Shown here: piece after piece, positions 39,625-48,472 of the stretch
How the letters are laid out: each line of letters starts with the position of its first letter
How positions within the stretch are numbered: position 1 is the stretch's first letter
Assembly: GCA_005881715.1 (NCBI GenBank)
Contig: VBEE01000043.1
Coordinates: 1,218 to 57,484, forward strand
Length of the DNA stretch: 56,267 nucleotides
Direction of reading: 5' to 3'
DNA from: Chloroflexota bacterium
GTDB taxonomy: Bacteria; Chloroflexota; Dormibacteria; CF-121
Notes under the pieces: model-generated
Seen by the model: only the letters and a program-made list of their open reading frames with translations
Databases searched by the model: none
What the model was told of the DNA's origin: nothing
Translations under genes and position numbers: made by a program

Positions 39625-40308
39625 ATGCTGGCCACCGGGGTCCTCGGGGCAGCGGACGATCCATGGATCCGGTGGGACTGGATTTCCGGTCACGTACCGG
39701 TCATCCGTGCCGCCTTAGCGCAGCACGTTGAGCTCACCCTGATCGCCGTTGCCATCGGGTTAATCATCGCCCTACCGTTGGGCGTCGTTGGCTGGCGTGA
39801 ACGCATCCTTCGCGGCCCGATCTTCTCCGTGACGGGAATCCTCTACACGATTCCATCTCTTGCCCTCTTTTCAATCCTCGTTCCATTTACCGGGCTGACG
39901 ACGCTCACGGCTGAGATCGGCCTCGTGAGCTACACCCTGTTGATCCTCATCAGAAACGTCGTCGTCGGCCTCGACGCCGTGCCCGAGGACGTCCGCGAAG
40001 CAGCGCGCGGAATGGGGTATCGACCATTTCGGCAAGCTGTGGGAATCGAAGTACCGCTCGCGCTCCCGGCAATCATCGCCGGTCTGAGGATTGCCACCGT
40101 GACAACCATAGGCCTGGTGACCGTGACCTTTGTCATTGGTAAGGGTGGCCTGGGAAGCCTCATCTACGACGGGCTCATCCGGGACTTCAAGACACCTCTC
40201 GTGGTTGGGACGACCCTCTCGGTGGCGCTCGCCGTTTTCGCCGATTTGACACTGGCGGGCATCCAGCGCGTGATTACCCCCTGGGCAAGGAGCCGGGCTG
40301 GCACATGA
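39625..40308 (+). CDS. osmoprotectant (glycine betaine/choline type) ABC transporter permease
   Basis: 227 aa with a BPD-transporter fold and an EAA-like loop (EDVREAARGMGYRPFRQAVGIEVPLALP). Confidence 0.88.
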   Translation: MLATGVLGAADDPWIRWDWISGHVPVIRAALAQHVELTLIAVAIGLIIALPLGVVGWRERILRGPIFSVTGILYTIPSLALFSILVPFTGLTTLTAEIGLVSYTLLILIRNVVVGLDAVPEDVREAARGMGYRPFRQAVGIEVPLALPAIIAGLRIATVTTIGLVTVTFVIGKGGLGSLIYDGLIRDFKTPLVVGTTLSVALAVFADLTLAGIQRVITPWARSRAGT

Positions 40309-41024
40309 GTCTTTTCGAGCAGGTGGCTCGCTGGTTCGCAGATGGAAGCCATTGGCAGGGCGATTTTGGCATTCCGAATCGACTGCTCGAACATGTTGAA
40401 CTGTCAGGCGCGTCGATTCTCGCGGCGGCAATCATCGCGTTGCCCATTGGCATCGGATTGGGCCACCTGCGGCGCGGTGGAATTGTCGCCATCAACGTCG
40501 CGAACGTCGGTCGAGCCGTCCCCTCCTTTGCCCTGCTGGTGATCGCCTTCGAGCTTGTGGGCCTTGGGTGGCCTCCCGCCTTCATTGCCCTGGTTGCCCT
40601 GGGCATTCCGCCGATGGTTACCAACAGCTATATCGGAATGGGCGAGGTCGACGCCGACATTCGCGAAGCCGCTCGCGGCATGGGCATGCGCGAGCGAGCC
40701 GTACTGTTTCGTGTTGAACTGCCGATCGCCTTACCGTTCGTCATGGCCGGGATCCGGACTTCGGCGGTTAACGTGGTTGCCACCGCCACGCTGGCTGCGC
40801 TGGTTGGCTGGGGCGGGCTCGGCCGTTTCATCATCGATGGGTTCAGTCAGCGCGATGATGCCCAAAAGATTGCGGGAGGGCTCTTGGTGGCGATCCTTTC
40901 CATCCTGGTCGAGGTTAGCCTTACGGGCCTCCAACGGCTCAGCGTTCCGAAAGGCCTGCGAATGCGCGAATCAGTCGACACGACCCTATCGAAGGTACCG
41001 GCGGCGGAGTTATCGGCGGCGTAA
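40305..41024 (+). CDS. osmoprotectant ABC transporter permease (second subunit)
   Basis: 239 aa with an ATGA overlap with the first permease. Contains DADIREAARGMGMRERAVLFRVELPIALP. Confidence 0.88.
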   Translation: MSLFEQVARWFADGSHWQGDFGIPNRLLEHVELSGASILAAAIIALPIGIGLGHLRRGGIVAINVANVGRAVPSFALLVIAFELVGLGWPPAFIALVALGIPPMVTNSYIGMGEVDADIREAARGMGMRERAVLFRVELPIALPFVMAGIRTSAVNVVATATLAALVGWGGLGRFIIDGFSQRDDAQKIAGGLLVAILSILVEVSLTGLQRLSVPKGLRMRESVDTTLSKVPAAELSAA

Positions 41025-41044
41025 AGACTCAGGAGGTGGAGAAG

Positions 41045-41989
41045 ATGCGAATGGAGCGAATCTTTGTGCTCGGCGCCAGCATGGTGGCGCTGGCACTCGT
41101 CACGACCTCGTGCGGATCGACAGGTGGGCCATCCAGTTCGAGCCCGGGGCCGATCGCCAGCAAGATGACCCTCGGTGGACCCCCGGAGTGCCCGACGCGG
41201 CCGTTCTGCGAAGCTGGTTTGACTTCAAAGTATGGCCTGCATTTCAAGGCGTTCAAGGCGCTGGATGCCGGTGGGCCGCTGACGAAATCCGCGTTGGATC
41301 GCGGTGATATCGACATTGGCCTGATCTTCTCGAGCGACAGCGCCTACTCGACCGGGAAGTACGTCCAGCTCGAGGATGACAAGCATCTGCAGAACGCCGA
41401 CAATGTCGTGCCGGTGATCAAAACCGCCAAGGCAAACGCCGACGTCACCGCACTGCTCAATGAGATCGACGGCAAGCTCACGACCCAGGACCTGATCTCC
41501 CTGAACAAGAGTGCCGACGTCGACAAGCAGGACCCCGACGTGATCGCCAAGAAATGGCTGATGGATCACAGCTACGCCACGTCGGCCTCGGGCGCCTCGA
41601 AAGGCACCCTCAACATCGGTGCTCTGAACTTCCCTGAAAGCGCGATCATCGCCCAGATATACGGTCAGGCGCTGAAGGGAAAGGGCTACACGGTTAACTT
41701 CAAGCTCAACCTGGGCTCGCGTGAGGTGGTCGAGCCGGCACTCGAGCGCGGCGACATCGATCTTTTCCCGGACTATGCCGCCACCGAACTGGAGTTCCAG
41801 AACAAGGGGAAAGGCGAGGCCACGCCCGACGCCACCGCCACGGTGGCCAAGCTGAACACCTACCTCGGCCCGAAGAACCTCAAGGCACTCGATGCTTCCC
41901 CCGCGGTCGATCAGAACGCCTTCGCCGTCCTCAAATCCGGCAAATACGGCAAGTACACGAAACTTTCGGACCTCGCCGGAACCGCCTAG
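41045..41989 (+). CDS. glycine betaine/choline-type ABC transporter substrate-binding lipoprotein (OpuCC/OsmF-like)
   Basis: The ATG at 41045 lies 8 nt after AGGAGG; the track start is GTG 41036. Signal and lipobox are ALALVTTSCG. The OpuAC-fold pattern is present, with GDIDIGLIFSSD and GDIDLFPDYAATE. Confidence 0.88.
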   Translation: MRMERIFVLGASMVALALVTTSCGSTGGPSSSSPGPIASKMTLGGPPECPTRPFCEAGLTSKYGLHFKAFKALDAGGPLTKSALDRGDIDIGLIFSSDSAYSTGKYVQLEDDKHLQNADNVVPVIKTAKANADVTALLNEIDGKLTTQDLISLNKSADVDKQDPDVIAKKWLMDHSYATSASGASKGTLNIGALNFPESAIIAQIYGQALKGKGYTVNFKLNLGSREVVEPALERGDIDLFPDYAATELEFQNKGKGEATPDATATVAKLNTYLGPKNLKALDASPAVDQNAFAVLKSGKYGKYTKLSDLAGTA

Positions 41990-42002
41990 CGCTCACGGAT
42001 GG

Positions 42003-42030
42003 CGTGGCCCCGCCCTCGGGCGGGGTCACG
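42003..42030. terminator. GC-rich hairpin between convergent genes (candidate bidirectional terminator)
   Basis: CGTGGCCCCGCC ctcg GGCGGGGTCACG forms a 12-bp stem including one G-U pair. It lies between the stop of the binding-protein gene (41989) and the stop of the BHMT-like gene (42055). No clear U-tract. Confidence 0.45.
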
Positions 42031-42054
42031 GCCATGTCAATAGTCCGGGCTGTC

Positions 42055-43092
42055 TCAGCCTTTCCAGTCGACGAGGAATTGCTTCTCTTTTTCCTCGACG
42101 TGTGCCCCGATCATCGGGTGCAGCTCGATCGCCGGCGAGTAGCGGCTGGCCGGCACGGTCCGTCCGAGTGCTTCAGCCATGGCGCGCACATAGTGCGGTG
42201 CGCCGCCACAACAGACCCCGATGTAATTGACACCCAGCGCCTTGGCGCGCTGCGCGTAGGCGGCCATCTCGAAACGGGTGCAGAGGAACGGTTCGAGCGC
42301 GATCGGAAAGGCCCGCGTTCCAGACGCGGTTTTCAATGACTCGAAGGTGGGCATGGCGGGATCGGTTTTGTACGGAACCGGCTGCGCCGCGACGTAGCTG
42401 CTGACCCGGCGACGAACGCGCTCGATGATCGGCAGCATGGTGGCGGGCCCTCGATCACAATTCAGGCCGACGATGTCGGCCCCCTTGTCCGCCAGGATCT
42501 GGCAGGCGTCAACATAGTCGTAGCCGTCCCAGGTCTGCTGTGGCCGGGTGGACGCCAGGGTGACCATGGCGGGCAAGCCGAGCTCCTTGATGACTTGCAA
42601 GGCGATGAGGGACTCGCCCAAATAGTCGTTCGTTTCGGCGATGACGAAATCAATGCCCTCGTCCACGGCCCAGGACAGCTGCTCCTCGTACATCGCGCGG
42701 ACCACCCGCGAGGAGGCCTCCTTGTTTTTCGGATCGTAGGCCCAGGTATTGCAGATATCTCCAGCCACCAACGCATCGCCCTCGCGCGCGACCTCATTCG
42801 CGACCCGTAGGGCCTGCCGGTTCAACGCCTCGAGGTCATTCTCGCGACCGACCGTCTTCAACTTCTCGCGATGCGCATAGTAGGTAAGCGCCACCATGAC
42901 GTCCGCGCCGGCGCGAAGGAACTCGCGGTGCAGCTCGCGCACTGCGTCGGGAAAATCGAGAACGACCTCGGGGACATAGGGCCCGGCCTTGATGTAGCCG
43001 CGCCGCTCCAGCTCGAAGACGTACCCTTCGGCGCCCAGCACAACGCCGGCCTCCAGTCGTTCGAGAATCCCGCGACCCGTCCTAACCGGCAT
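42055..43092 (-). CDS. betaine-homocysteine S-methyltransferase-type (BHMT-like) Hcy methyltransferase
   Basis: 345 aa. GILERLEAGVVLGAEGYVFELERRGYIKAGPYVPEVVLDFPDAVRELHREFLRAGADVM is collinear with animal BHMT. The zinc-ligand positions are conserved (GLNC and GVCCGG). Confidence 0.85.
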   Translation of the reverse strand: MPVRTGRGILERLEAGVVLGAEGYVFELERRGYIKAGPYVPEVVLDFPDAVRELHREFLRAGADVMVALTYYAHREKLKTVGRENDLEALNRQALRVANEVAREGDALVAGDICNTWAYDPKNKEASSRVVRAMYEEQLSWAVDEGIDFVIAETNDYLGESLIALQVIKELGLPAMVTLASTRPQQTWDGYDYVDACQILADKGADIVGLNCDRGPATMLPIIERVRRRVSSYVAAQPVPYKTDPAMPTFESLKTASGTRAFPIALEPFLCTRFEMAAYAQRAKALGVNYIGVCCGGAPHYVRAMAEALGRTVPASRYSPAIELHPMIGAHVEEKEKQFLVDWKG

Positions 43093-44245
43093 GGCTGGTC
43101 ACAAAGCGTTCGGGAGCGAAGCGGGCGATATCCTCGACCGTTTTGCCATCGAGGGCCAGTTCCGACAGCGTCCGGCCGATGAGCGGCGCGAACTTGTAAC
43201 CCGTGCCGCGCCAGCCGGTACCGATCGCCGCATCGGGAAGGCTGGGGAGCGGCCCCAGGATGAAGTTGTCATCTGCGACCAGATCATACGAGCATTGGTC
43301 CGCCCCCTCGACATCGATGACGCGGGCATCCACAAGCTCCGGCATGCACTCGGCCACAAAGCTCCGCACGCTCGTAACCCCGGTCACCTGTCGACGCACG
43401 TCCGGTGGATTGTAGTAGCCGATCTTCACTCCCGGCGTCTTCCCCTGGAGCATTGGATGGCCATAGATGCCGACGTCGAGATACGCGAACACGGGTAGCC
43501 GCTCGGGCATGAACTGTTCGCGCTTCTCGAGCGGCGGAACGAAGTACTTCGACTCACTGGGCCGGTCCGGGCGGATCGGAAGCTGGAGGTTGCAGCCCAC
43601 AGTCCTGGCCAGAAGGTCGTTGACCCCGAGCCCGGCGGTGAAAACCAATCGCTGCGCCAGGCGCTCCCCCGCGGAAGTATCGATGACGGTCCGGCCCTGC
43701 CGCCGGCTGATCCGCTCGACCCGGGTGTCCTGCTCGATGTCCACCCGCGCCGCCCGCAACCCGGCAAGGAGGGTTTGCGTAATTGGTGGCACATACAGGA
43801 ACCCCGCCTCGACATCCAGCCGGCCGATGTCGGCGTCGAACTGGGGAAACCGCGCATGCAGGCCAACCCGATCGAAGGCCCGGGTCTTGAGATCGAGGCC
43901 TTGGAGCACTCGGTAGCTCTGCTCCGCGTATGTTTCCGAGAGCGCCGGGGTCACGCTGGCCCTGGCGATATTCAGACAGCCGCACTCGATCAGGAAGGGT
44001 TCGCCCGATTCGGCCTGGAAATCGAGCCAGAGCTTTCTCGCCTCATACGCCAGGCGCGCATAGAGGGGATCAAGGTAATCACTGCGGATCGACCGCGTCA
44101 GGCTGTAGGAGGCCGCTCTCGAGTCGCCGATCCGCCAGGCGTCGAGGACGAGGGTCCTCGCTCCGCGCCGGCTTGCGAACAGGGCCGTGAACAGGCCCAT
44201 CACGCCGGCGCCGATGATGGCCAGGTCGTAGGCCGCCTCAGCCAC
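43082..44245 (-). CDS. monomeric sarcosine oxidase / N-methyl amino acid oxidase family flavoprotein (MSOX/SolA-like)
   Basis: 387 aa starting YDLAIIGAGVMGLFTALFASRRG. It is collinear with SolA/MSOX, including a Cys at the covalent-FAD position (ADQCSYDLVADDNFIL) and GTGYKFAP. Confidence 0.8.
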   Translation of the reverse strand: MAEAAYDLAIIGAGVMGLFTALFASRRGARTLVLDAWRIGDSRAASYSLTRSIRSDYLDPLYARLAYEARKLWLDFQAESGEPFLIECGCLNIARASVTPALSETYAEQSYRVLQGLDLKTRAFDRVGLHARFPQFDADIGRLDVEAGFLYVPPITQTLLAGLRAARVDIEQDTRVERISRRQGRTVIDTSAGERLAQRLVFTAGLGVNDLLARTVGCNLQLPIRPDRPSESKYFVPPLEKREQFMPERLPVFAYLDVGIYGHPMLQGKTPGVKIGYYNPPDVRRQVTGVTSVRSFVAECMPELVDARVIDVEGADQCSYDLVADDNFILGPLPSLPDAAIGTGWRGTGYKFAPLIGRTLSELALDGKTVEDIARFAPERFVTSHAG

Positions 44246-44283
44246 GGGCGATCAGCGGTCGCGTGGCGTCGCTGGCGAGACGC

Positions 44284-44967
44284 TCAGCTGGCGAGCCGGT
44301 CGGTATCCGGCATCAAATGGGGATCCTCCGGCCCGTTGGGCTGACCGTCGGACCGCGTGCAGTATCGCGGATAGTGAGCGCGGTAGCCGGCCAACAATCC
44401 AGCGGGGGCAAGAGCGAGCAGACCGAGCCGCAGCCAACGAGGTTGCCCCAGCGGCCGGCTTTCCCGGCGGTAGGCGGCAGTGATGACCGCCCACTGGAGG
44501 ACGTTGCGAAGGTTCCGGAGGTGGTGCTTGCCGTCCCGAGCCAGGCCAAAGGTGGTTTCGGAGAACTCCTGCTTCAGCAGGCCCGGGCGGAACTCGACGA
44601 TAAGGTGAGCCTCGACGGGACCGCCGTTCCACAGACAATGCTCCGTCCCCGGTGGAACGGTCAGGCGCTGGCCGGGTCCGAGCTCGAATCGCGCTCCATG
44701 GATGGAAAAAGATGCCGTCCCGGCGACAACCGTGAAGTCCGATTGCTGCACCGGGTGAATGTGCGGGACACCCACGCCGCCGCCAGGCGCCAGCCAGGAT
44801 TCGTACTGCACCAGCTCGCCATCGGTTTCCGGAGCCGTCTTCAGAAACCGGATGCGCTCGCCGTGGAGCGGATTTTCAATTATCGGGCCGACGATGGGCG
44901 CGTCACCTCGCAACGAGTGTTTTGCGGAGTATGCCAGAAGTGGCTCGCGGGCGCAAGAAATCTCCAC
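44284..44967 (-). CDS. cupin domain protein
   Basis: 227 aa. The cupin motifs are GVGVPHIHPVQQSDFTVVAG...LTVPPGTEHCLWN. The C-terminal part is hydrophobic. The start is uncertain. Confidence 0.65.
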   Translation of the reverse strand: MEISCAREPLLAYSAKHSLRGDAPIVGPIIENPLHGERIRFLKTAPETDGELVQYESWLAPGGGVGVPHIHPVQQSDFTVVAGTASFSIHGARFELGPGQRLTVPPGTEHCLWNGGPVEAHLIVEFRPGLLKQEFSETTFGLARDGKHHLRNLRNVLQWAVITAAYRRESRPLGQPRWLRLGLLALAPAGLLAGYRAHYPRYCTRSDGQPNGPEDPHLMPDTDRLAS

Positions 44968-44997
44968 TATCTGTGCGATACTGCCGTCAACTCGAAC

Positions 44998-45801
44998 GTG
45001 AGAACGCTCGTTTTCGCGAATTTCCTGGCGCCAAACATGACCTCGACCTACACGGACGTCGCCGAGCAGGTCGGGCGGCGGCTCGGCGTGCCGGCGACCC
45101 TGGTCGAGGGGATCTCCGTTGAGCAGCTACGGCAGGCCTCGGTCGACGTCGCCTTCCTGTGCGGCCTCCCCTATGTTCGCCTCCTGCAGGAACAGCCCGG
45201 CATGCTGCGGCTTCTGGCCGCACCGGTTTTGCACGGGCCTCGCTACCGCGGCCGCCCGGTCTACTTCTCCGACGTAATCGTGCGCCGGGATAGCCCCTGG
45301 CAGTCGTTCGCCGACCTTCGCGGGCAGAGCTGGGCGCATAGCGTCGGCGACTCCTACTCGGGCTGTCTGCTGAGCCGTTACCAGCTGCAACAAATGGGGG
45401 AGCGCGAGCGGTTCTTCGGCGAGGTCACCTACTCGGGTGGACACCAGCAATCGATCCGCCGGGTGGTCGATGGCGGGGTGACCGCCTCGGCGATCGACTC
45501 GCACGTGCTCGGGGTCGAACAGCTGAGGAATCCGCGTCTCGCCCAGGCGCTGCGGGTGGTCGCCGTGTTCGGCCCATCGTCGATCCCGCCGGTGGTTGCT
45601 ACCACCCGCCTGCCTGACGACCTCGCGGCGGGGGTCGGAAGCGCGCTCGCCGCCTTGAGCGACGATCCGGCGAGCCGTGCGCGGCTCGCACGAGGCCTGA
45701 TCCAGCGATATGTCCCGGTTGCGGACGAGGCCTATGACGAAATGCGGCGGATGCTTGAGGTCGTGGAGCGACGACCGCCGTCCGTCAGAGTGTCGGCTTG
45801 A
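44998..45801 (+). CDS. PhnD/SsuA-like substrate-binding-fold protein without signal peptide
   Basis: The GTG at 44998 gives VRTLVFANFLAPNMTSTYTDVAEQVGRRLGVPATLVEG...VDVAFLCGLPYV...GGHQQSIRRVVDGGVTASAIDSHV, a PhnD-like pattern. The N-terminal 245 aa of the 512-aa track ORF are antisense to the cupin gene. Confidence 0.7.
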   Translation: MRTLVFANFLAPNMTSTYTDVAEQVGRRLGVPATLVEGISVEQLRQASVDVAFLCGLPYVRLLQEQPGMLRLLAAPVLHGPRYRGRPVYFSDVIVRRDSPWQSFADLRGQSWAHSVGDSYSGCLLSRYQLQQMGERERFFGEVTYSGGHQQSIRRVVDGGVTASAIDSHVLGVEQLRNPRLAQALRVVAVFGPSSIPPVVATTRLPDDLAAGVGSALAALSDDPASRARLARGLIQRYVPVADEAYDEMRRMLEVVERRPPSVRVSA

Positions 45802-46240
45802 CGACCATCATGAAGAGAATGCCTAGAACCGGCACCATCACGGCGATGCCGATCGCCGTCGCGCGGATCGCGGCGCCTCGGTAGGCAGCCGAGCCGATTC
45901 CCTCGCGCTCGAGCGTCTCGATCTGACGGACGAGCGCCGGCGAGTAGACCGCAAACCCGAACAGAATCACGATCACATACAGCACGATCGCGGCCTGGAT
46001 CCAATGCGTCGTGTAGGACCAGTGCCACCAGGCCAGCGTCAGCCCGCTAGCCAAGAGGAGGAGGTAGGCGGGGTTCGCGACGTGGTCGTCGATGAACTTG
46101 ATCGAGCGGAGCACGAACGTGTTGCGCTGCGGATCGTTACCAGCCAGCCCCTGCCAGATGCCGTAGCTGAGATTCGACCCAACAGCGGTGATCGCGAAAA
46201 GGATATGCAACAGTTTGAGCAGGTTGTAGAACACGTCCAT
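45785..46240 (-). CDS. DUF2269 family membrane protein
   Basis: MDVFYNLLKLLHILFAITAVGSNLSYGIW... with four transmembrane helices. I prefer the ATG at 46240; the track start is 46270. Confidence 0.7.
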   Translation of the reverse strand: MDVFYNLLKLLHILFAITAVGSNLSYGIWQGLAGNDPQRNTFVLRSIKFIDDHVANPAYLLLLASGLTLAWWHWSYTTHWIQAAIVLYVIVILFGFAVYSPALVRQIETLEREGIGSAAYRGAAIRATAIGIAVMVPVLGILFMMVVKPTL

Positions 46241-46252
46241 AAAATACTCGAC

Positions 46253-46719
46253 GTGCCGGTCACCTACCACTTCAGGACCGAGTGGCGGTTCGTCGCTCCC
46301 GTCGACCGGACCTGGTTGGTGGTCCTGGACATCGAGCGCTCCCCGGATGGTGGAAGAACTTCAGGCGGGTGACCGTCATCCGCGGCGACGGAAAATCGGT
46401 CGGTTCCGTCGTCGAATGCGAAGTCCGCGGTTCGCTACCGTACAGCCTCACCTACTCGATCGAGGTCCTCGAGGCCGAGCGTCCTCGACACATTCTGCTG
46501 CGATCTACCGGAGAGCTTGTCGGGACGGGACGGTGGGAATTCTCGGAGCCTGTCCCCGGCGAGTCGACGGCCGTTTATTACTGGGACGTCGCCACCACGA
46601 ATCCGGTTCTGAACCTGATCGCGCCGCTGGCCCGGGGAGTGCTTGCCAGCAACCACACGCGGGTGATGGCCAACGGCTATGCCGCGCTCAAGCCACACGT
46701 CGAAGCCGTCCCCAGTTAG
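46253..46719 (+). pseudogene. SRPBCC (polyketide cyclase/dehydrase-like) protein with apparent 1-nt frameshift
   Basis: The N-terminal beta strand and helix VPVTYHFRTEWRFVAPVDRTWLVVLDIERSP are in the frame starting GTG 46253. The remainder, WWKNFRRVTVIRGDGKSVGSVVECEVRG...GRWEFSEP..., is in the frame of track ORF 46282..46719. The junction is at CCCCGGATGG (46341..46350), where a 1-nt gap would restore ...ERSP(D/E)WWKNF. Confidence 0.55.
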
Positions 46720-48056
46720 CTGGGCTTTCGGAGCCGAGCGGCGGCAAAGGCGTCGAGCCGCTCCTTGACCGACTTCTCGTAACCTCGCTCGGATGGGTGG
46801 TAATAGGTGCGGTCCTTGATCGCGTCGGGCAAGTGCTGCTGCTCGACCTGCGCGTCCTCGTAATCGTGGGCGTAGCGATAGCCCTTGCCATAGCCGATCT
46901 TTCGCATCAGCGGGGTGGGCGCGTTGCGAAGGTGCAGCGGCACCGGGTCGGCCCGGGTCCGCTCGACGTCTTCCTGCACGCTCGCGTATGCGGCATAGAG
47001 CGCGTTGCTCTTGGGCGCGGTGGCGAGATAGACCACGGCCTGCGCCAGCGCCAGATTTGCCTCTGGCATCCCGATGAAGTGCGCGGCCTGCTGGGCGGCG
47101 ACCGCCTGAGTCAGGGCCTGCGGATCGGCGAGGCCGATGTCCTCGGAGGCAAAGCGGATCAGCCGGCGGGCGACGTAGAGCGGATCCTCACCAGCCTCGA
47201 GCATGCGCCCCAGCCAGTAGAGCGAGGCATCGGGGTCGCTGTCCCGGAGGCTCTTGTGCAGGGCCGAGATGATGTTGTAGTGCTCCTCGCCGGCGCGGTC
47301 ATACAGGAGGTTCTTTCGCTGCACCGCCTCTTCGACCAGCGCGGCGGTGACGTTCCGCCGCCCCTGCTTCGGTCGCGCCAGGGCGGCGGCGGCCTCGAGG
47401 CCGTTGAGGGCCACCCGGGCGTCGCCGTTCGCCACGCGGATCAGTGCGGCGCGAGCGTCGGCGTCGAGGCCGACGTGGCGGGGTGCGAGTCCACGTTCCG
47501 CGTCCGTTACCGCCCGATCGACGATCTCGCCCACCTGCGAGTCGTCCAGCGCACCGAGCACGAAGACGCGGGTCCGCGACAGCAGCGCGGCATTGACTTC
47601 GAATGATGGGTTTTCGGTGGTTGCGCCGATCAGGGTGATGACACCTTCCTCGACAAACGGCAGCACCGCATCCTGCTGGCCCTTGTTGAAACGATGAATT
47701 TCATCGATGAACAGGATGGTTCGCTTGCCCGACTGGGCCCGACGGAGCCGCGCCTCTTCGATGTTCCGCCGCAGGTCCGCCACCCCGGCGCTGACCGCGC
47801 TCAGGGGAACGAAGTGCGATGAGGTGACGCGCGCGATCAACCGCGCCAGCGTGGTCTTGCCGCTGCCCGGAGGTCCCCAGAGGATCATCGAGCCGACCCG
47901 GTCTTCCTCGATGGCGCGGCGCAGCTCGTGCTCGGGGCCGACCAGGTGCTCCTGGCCCACGAACTCATCGAGGCTGCGCGGTCGCATGCGAGCCGCCAGC
48001 GGCTGGTCTTTTGCGACCGGCTCCTGCGGAGCCGGAAACAACGTCTCCTGCGCCAT
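46716..48056 (-). CDS. rarA: replication-associated recombination protein A (AAA+ ATPase RarA/MgsA)
   Basis: The internal ATG at 48056 gives MAQETLFPAPQ...PLAARMRPRSLDEFVGQEHLVG...MILWGPPGSGKTTLARLIA, followed by ILFIDEIHRFNK. The upstream 45 aa of the track ORF are low-complexity. Confidence 0.9.
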   Translation of the reverse strand: MAQETLFPAPQEPVAKDQPLAARMRPRSLDEFVGQEHLVGPEHELRRAIEEDRVGSMILWGPPGSGKTTLARLIARVTSSHFVPLSAVSAGVADLRRNIEEARLRRAQSGKRTILFIDEIHRFNKGQQDAVLPFVEEGVITLIGATTENPSFEVNAALLSRTRVFVLGALDDSQVGEIVDRAVTDAERGLAPRHVGLDADARAALIRVANGDARVALNGLEAAAALARPKQGRRNVTAALVEEAVQRKNLLYDRAGEEHYNIISALHKSLRDSDPDASLYWLGRMLEAGEDPLYVARRLIRFASEDIGLADPQALTQAVAAQQAAHFIGMPEANLALAQAVVYLATAPKSNALYAAYASVQEDVERTRADPVPLHLRNAPTPLMRKIGYGKGYRYAHDYEDAQVEQQHLPDAIKDRTYYHPSERGYEKSVKERLDAFAAARLRKPS

Positions 48057-48091
48057 CAGCTGACTATAGAAGTTCGCTCTAACATCTTCCG

Positions 48092-48472
48092 ATGAGCTTG
48101 AATGACGCGATCGCGAAGACGACGCTGCCGGTGGAGGATCTCGCGCGCGCGAAGGCGTTCTATGCGGAGAAGCTGGGACTGAGACCAACACGCGAGTTCG
48201 CGGGTGCCCTCTTTTATGAAGGAAACGGCACCAGCGGGTTTCTTCTGTTCCCCAGTGGCGGACACGCCGCTGGACAACATACCCAGATGGCCTTGTTCGT
48301 GAAGGATATTGTCGCCAGCGTCGCCAAGCTCAAGAGTCGCGGCGTCCAATTCGAGGAATATGACTTCCCCGGCCTGAAGACCAACCAGGGCATTGCCGAC
48401 CTCGGATACGAAAAAGCAGCGTGGTTCCGCGACAGCGAAGGGAACCTGCTGGCCCTGGGCCAACTCGCTTAG
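48092..48472 (+). CDS. VOC (glyoxalase/bleomycin-resistance) family protein
   Basis: 126 aa. LPVEDLARAKAFYAEKLGL...AWFRDSEGNLLAL is the typical VOC beta-alpha-beta-beta-beta pattern. Confidence 0.85.
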   Translation: MSLNDAIAKTTLPVEDLARAKAFYAEKLGLRPTREFAGALFYEGNGTSGFLLFPSGGHAAGQHTQMALFVKDIVASVAKLKSRGVQFEEYDFPGLKTNQGIADLGYEKAAWFRDSEGNLLALGQLA

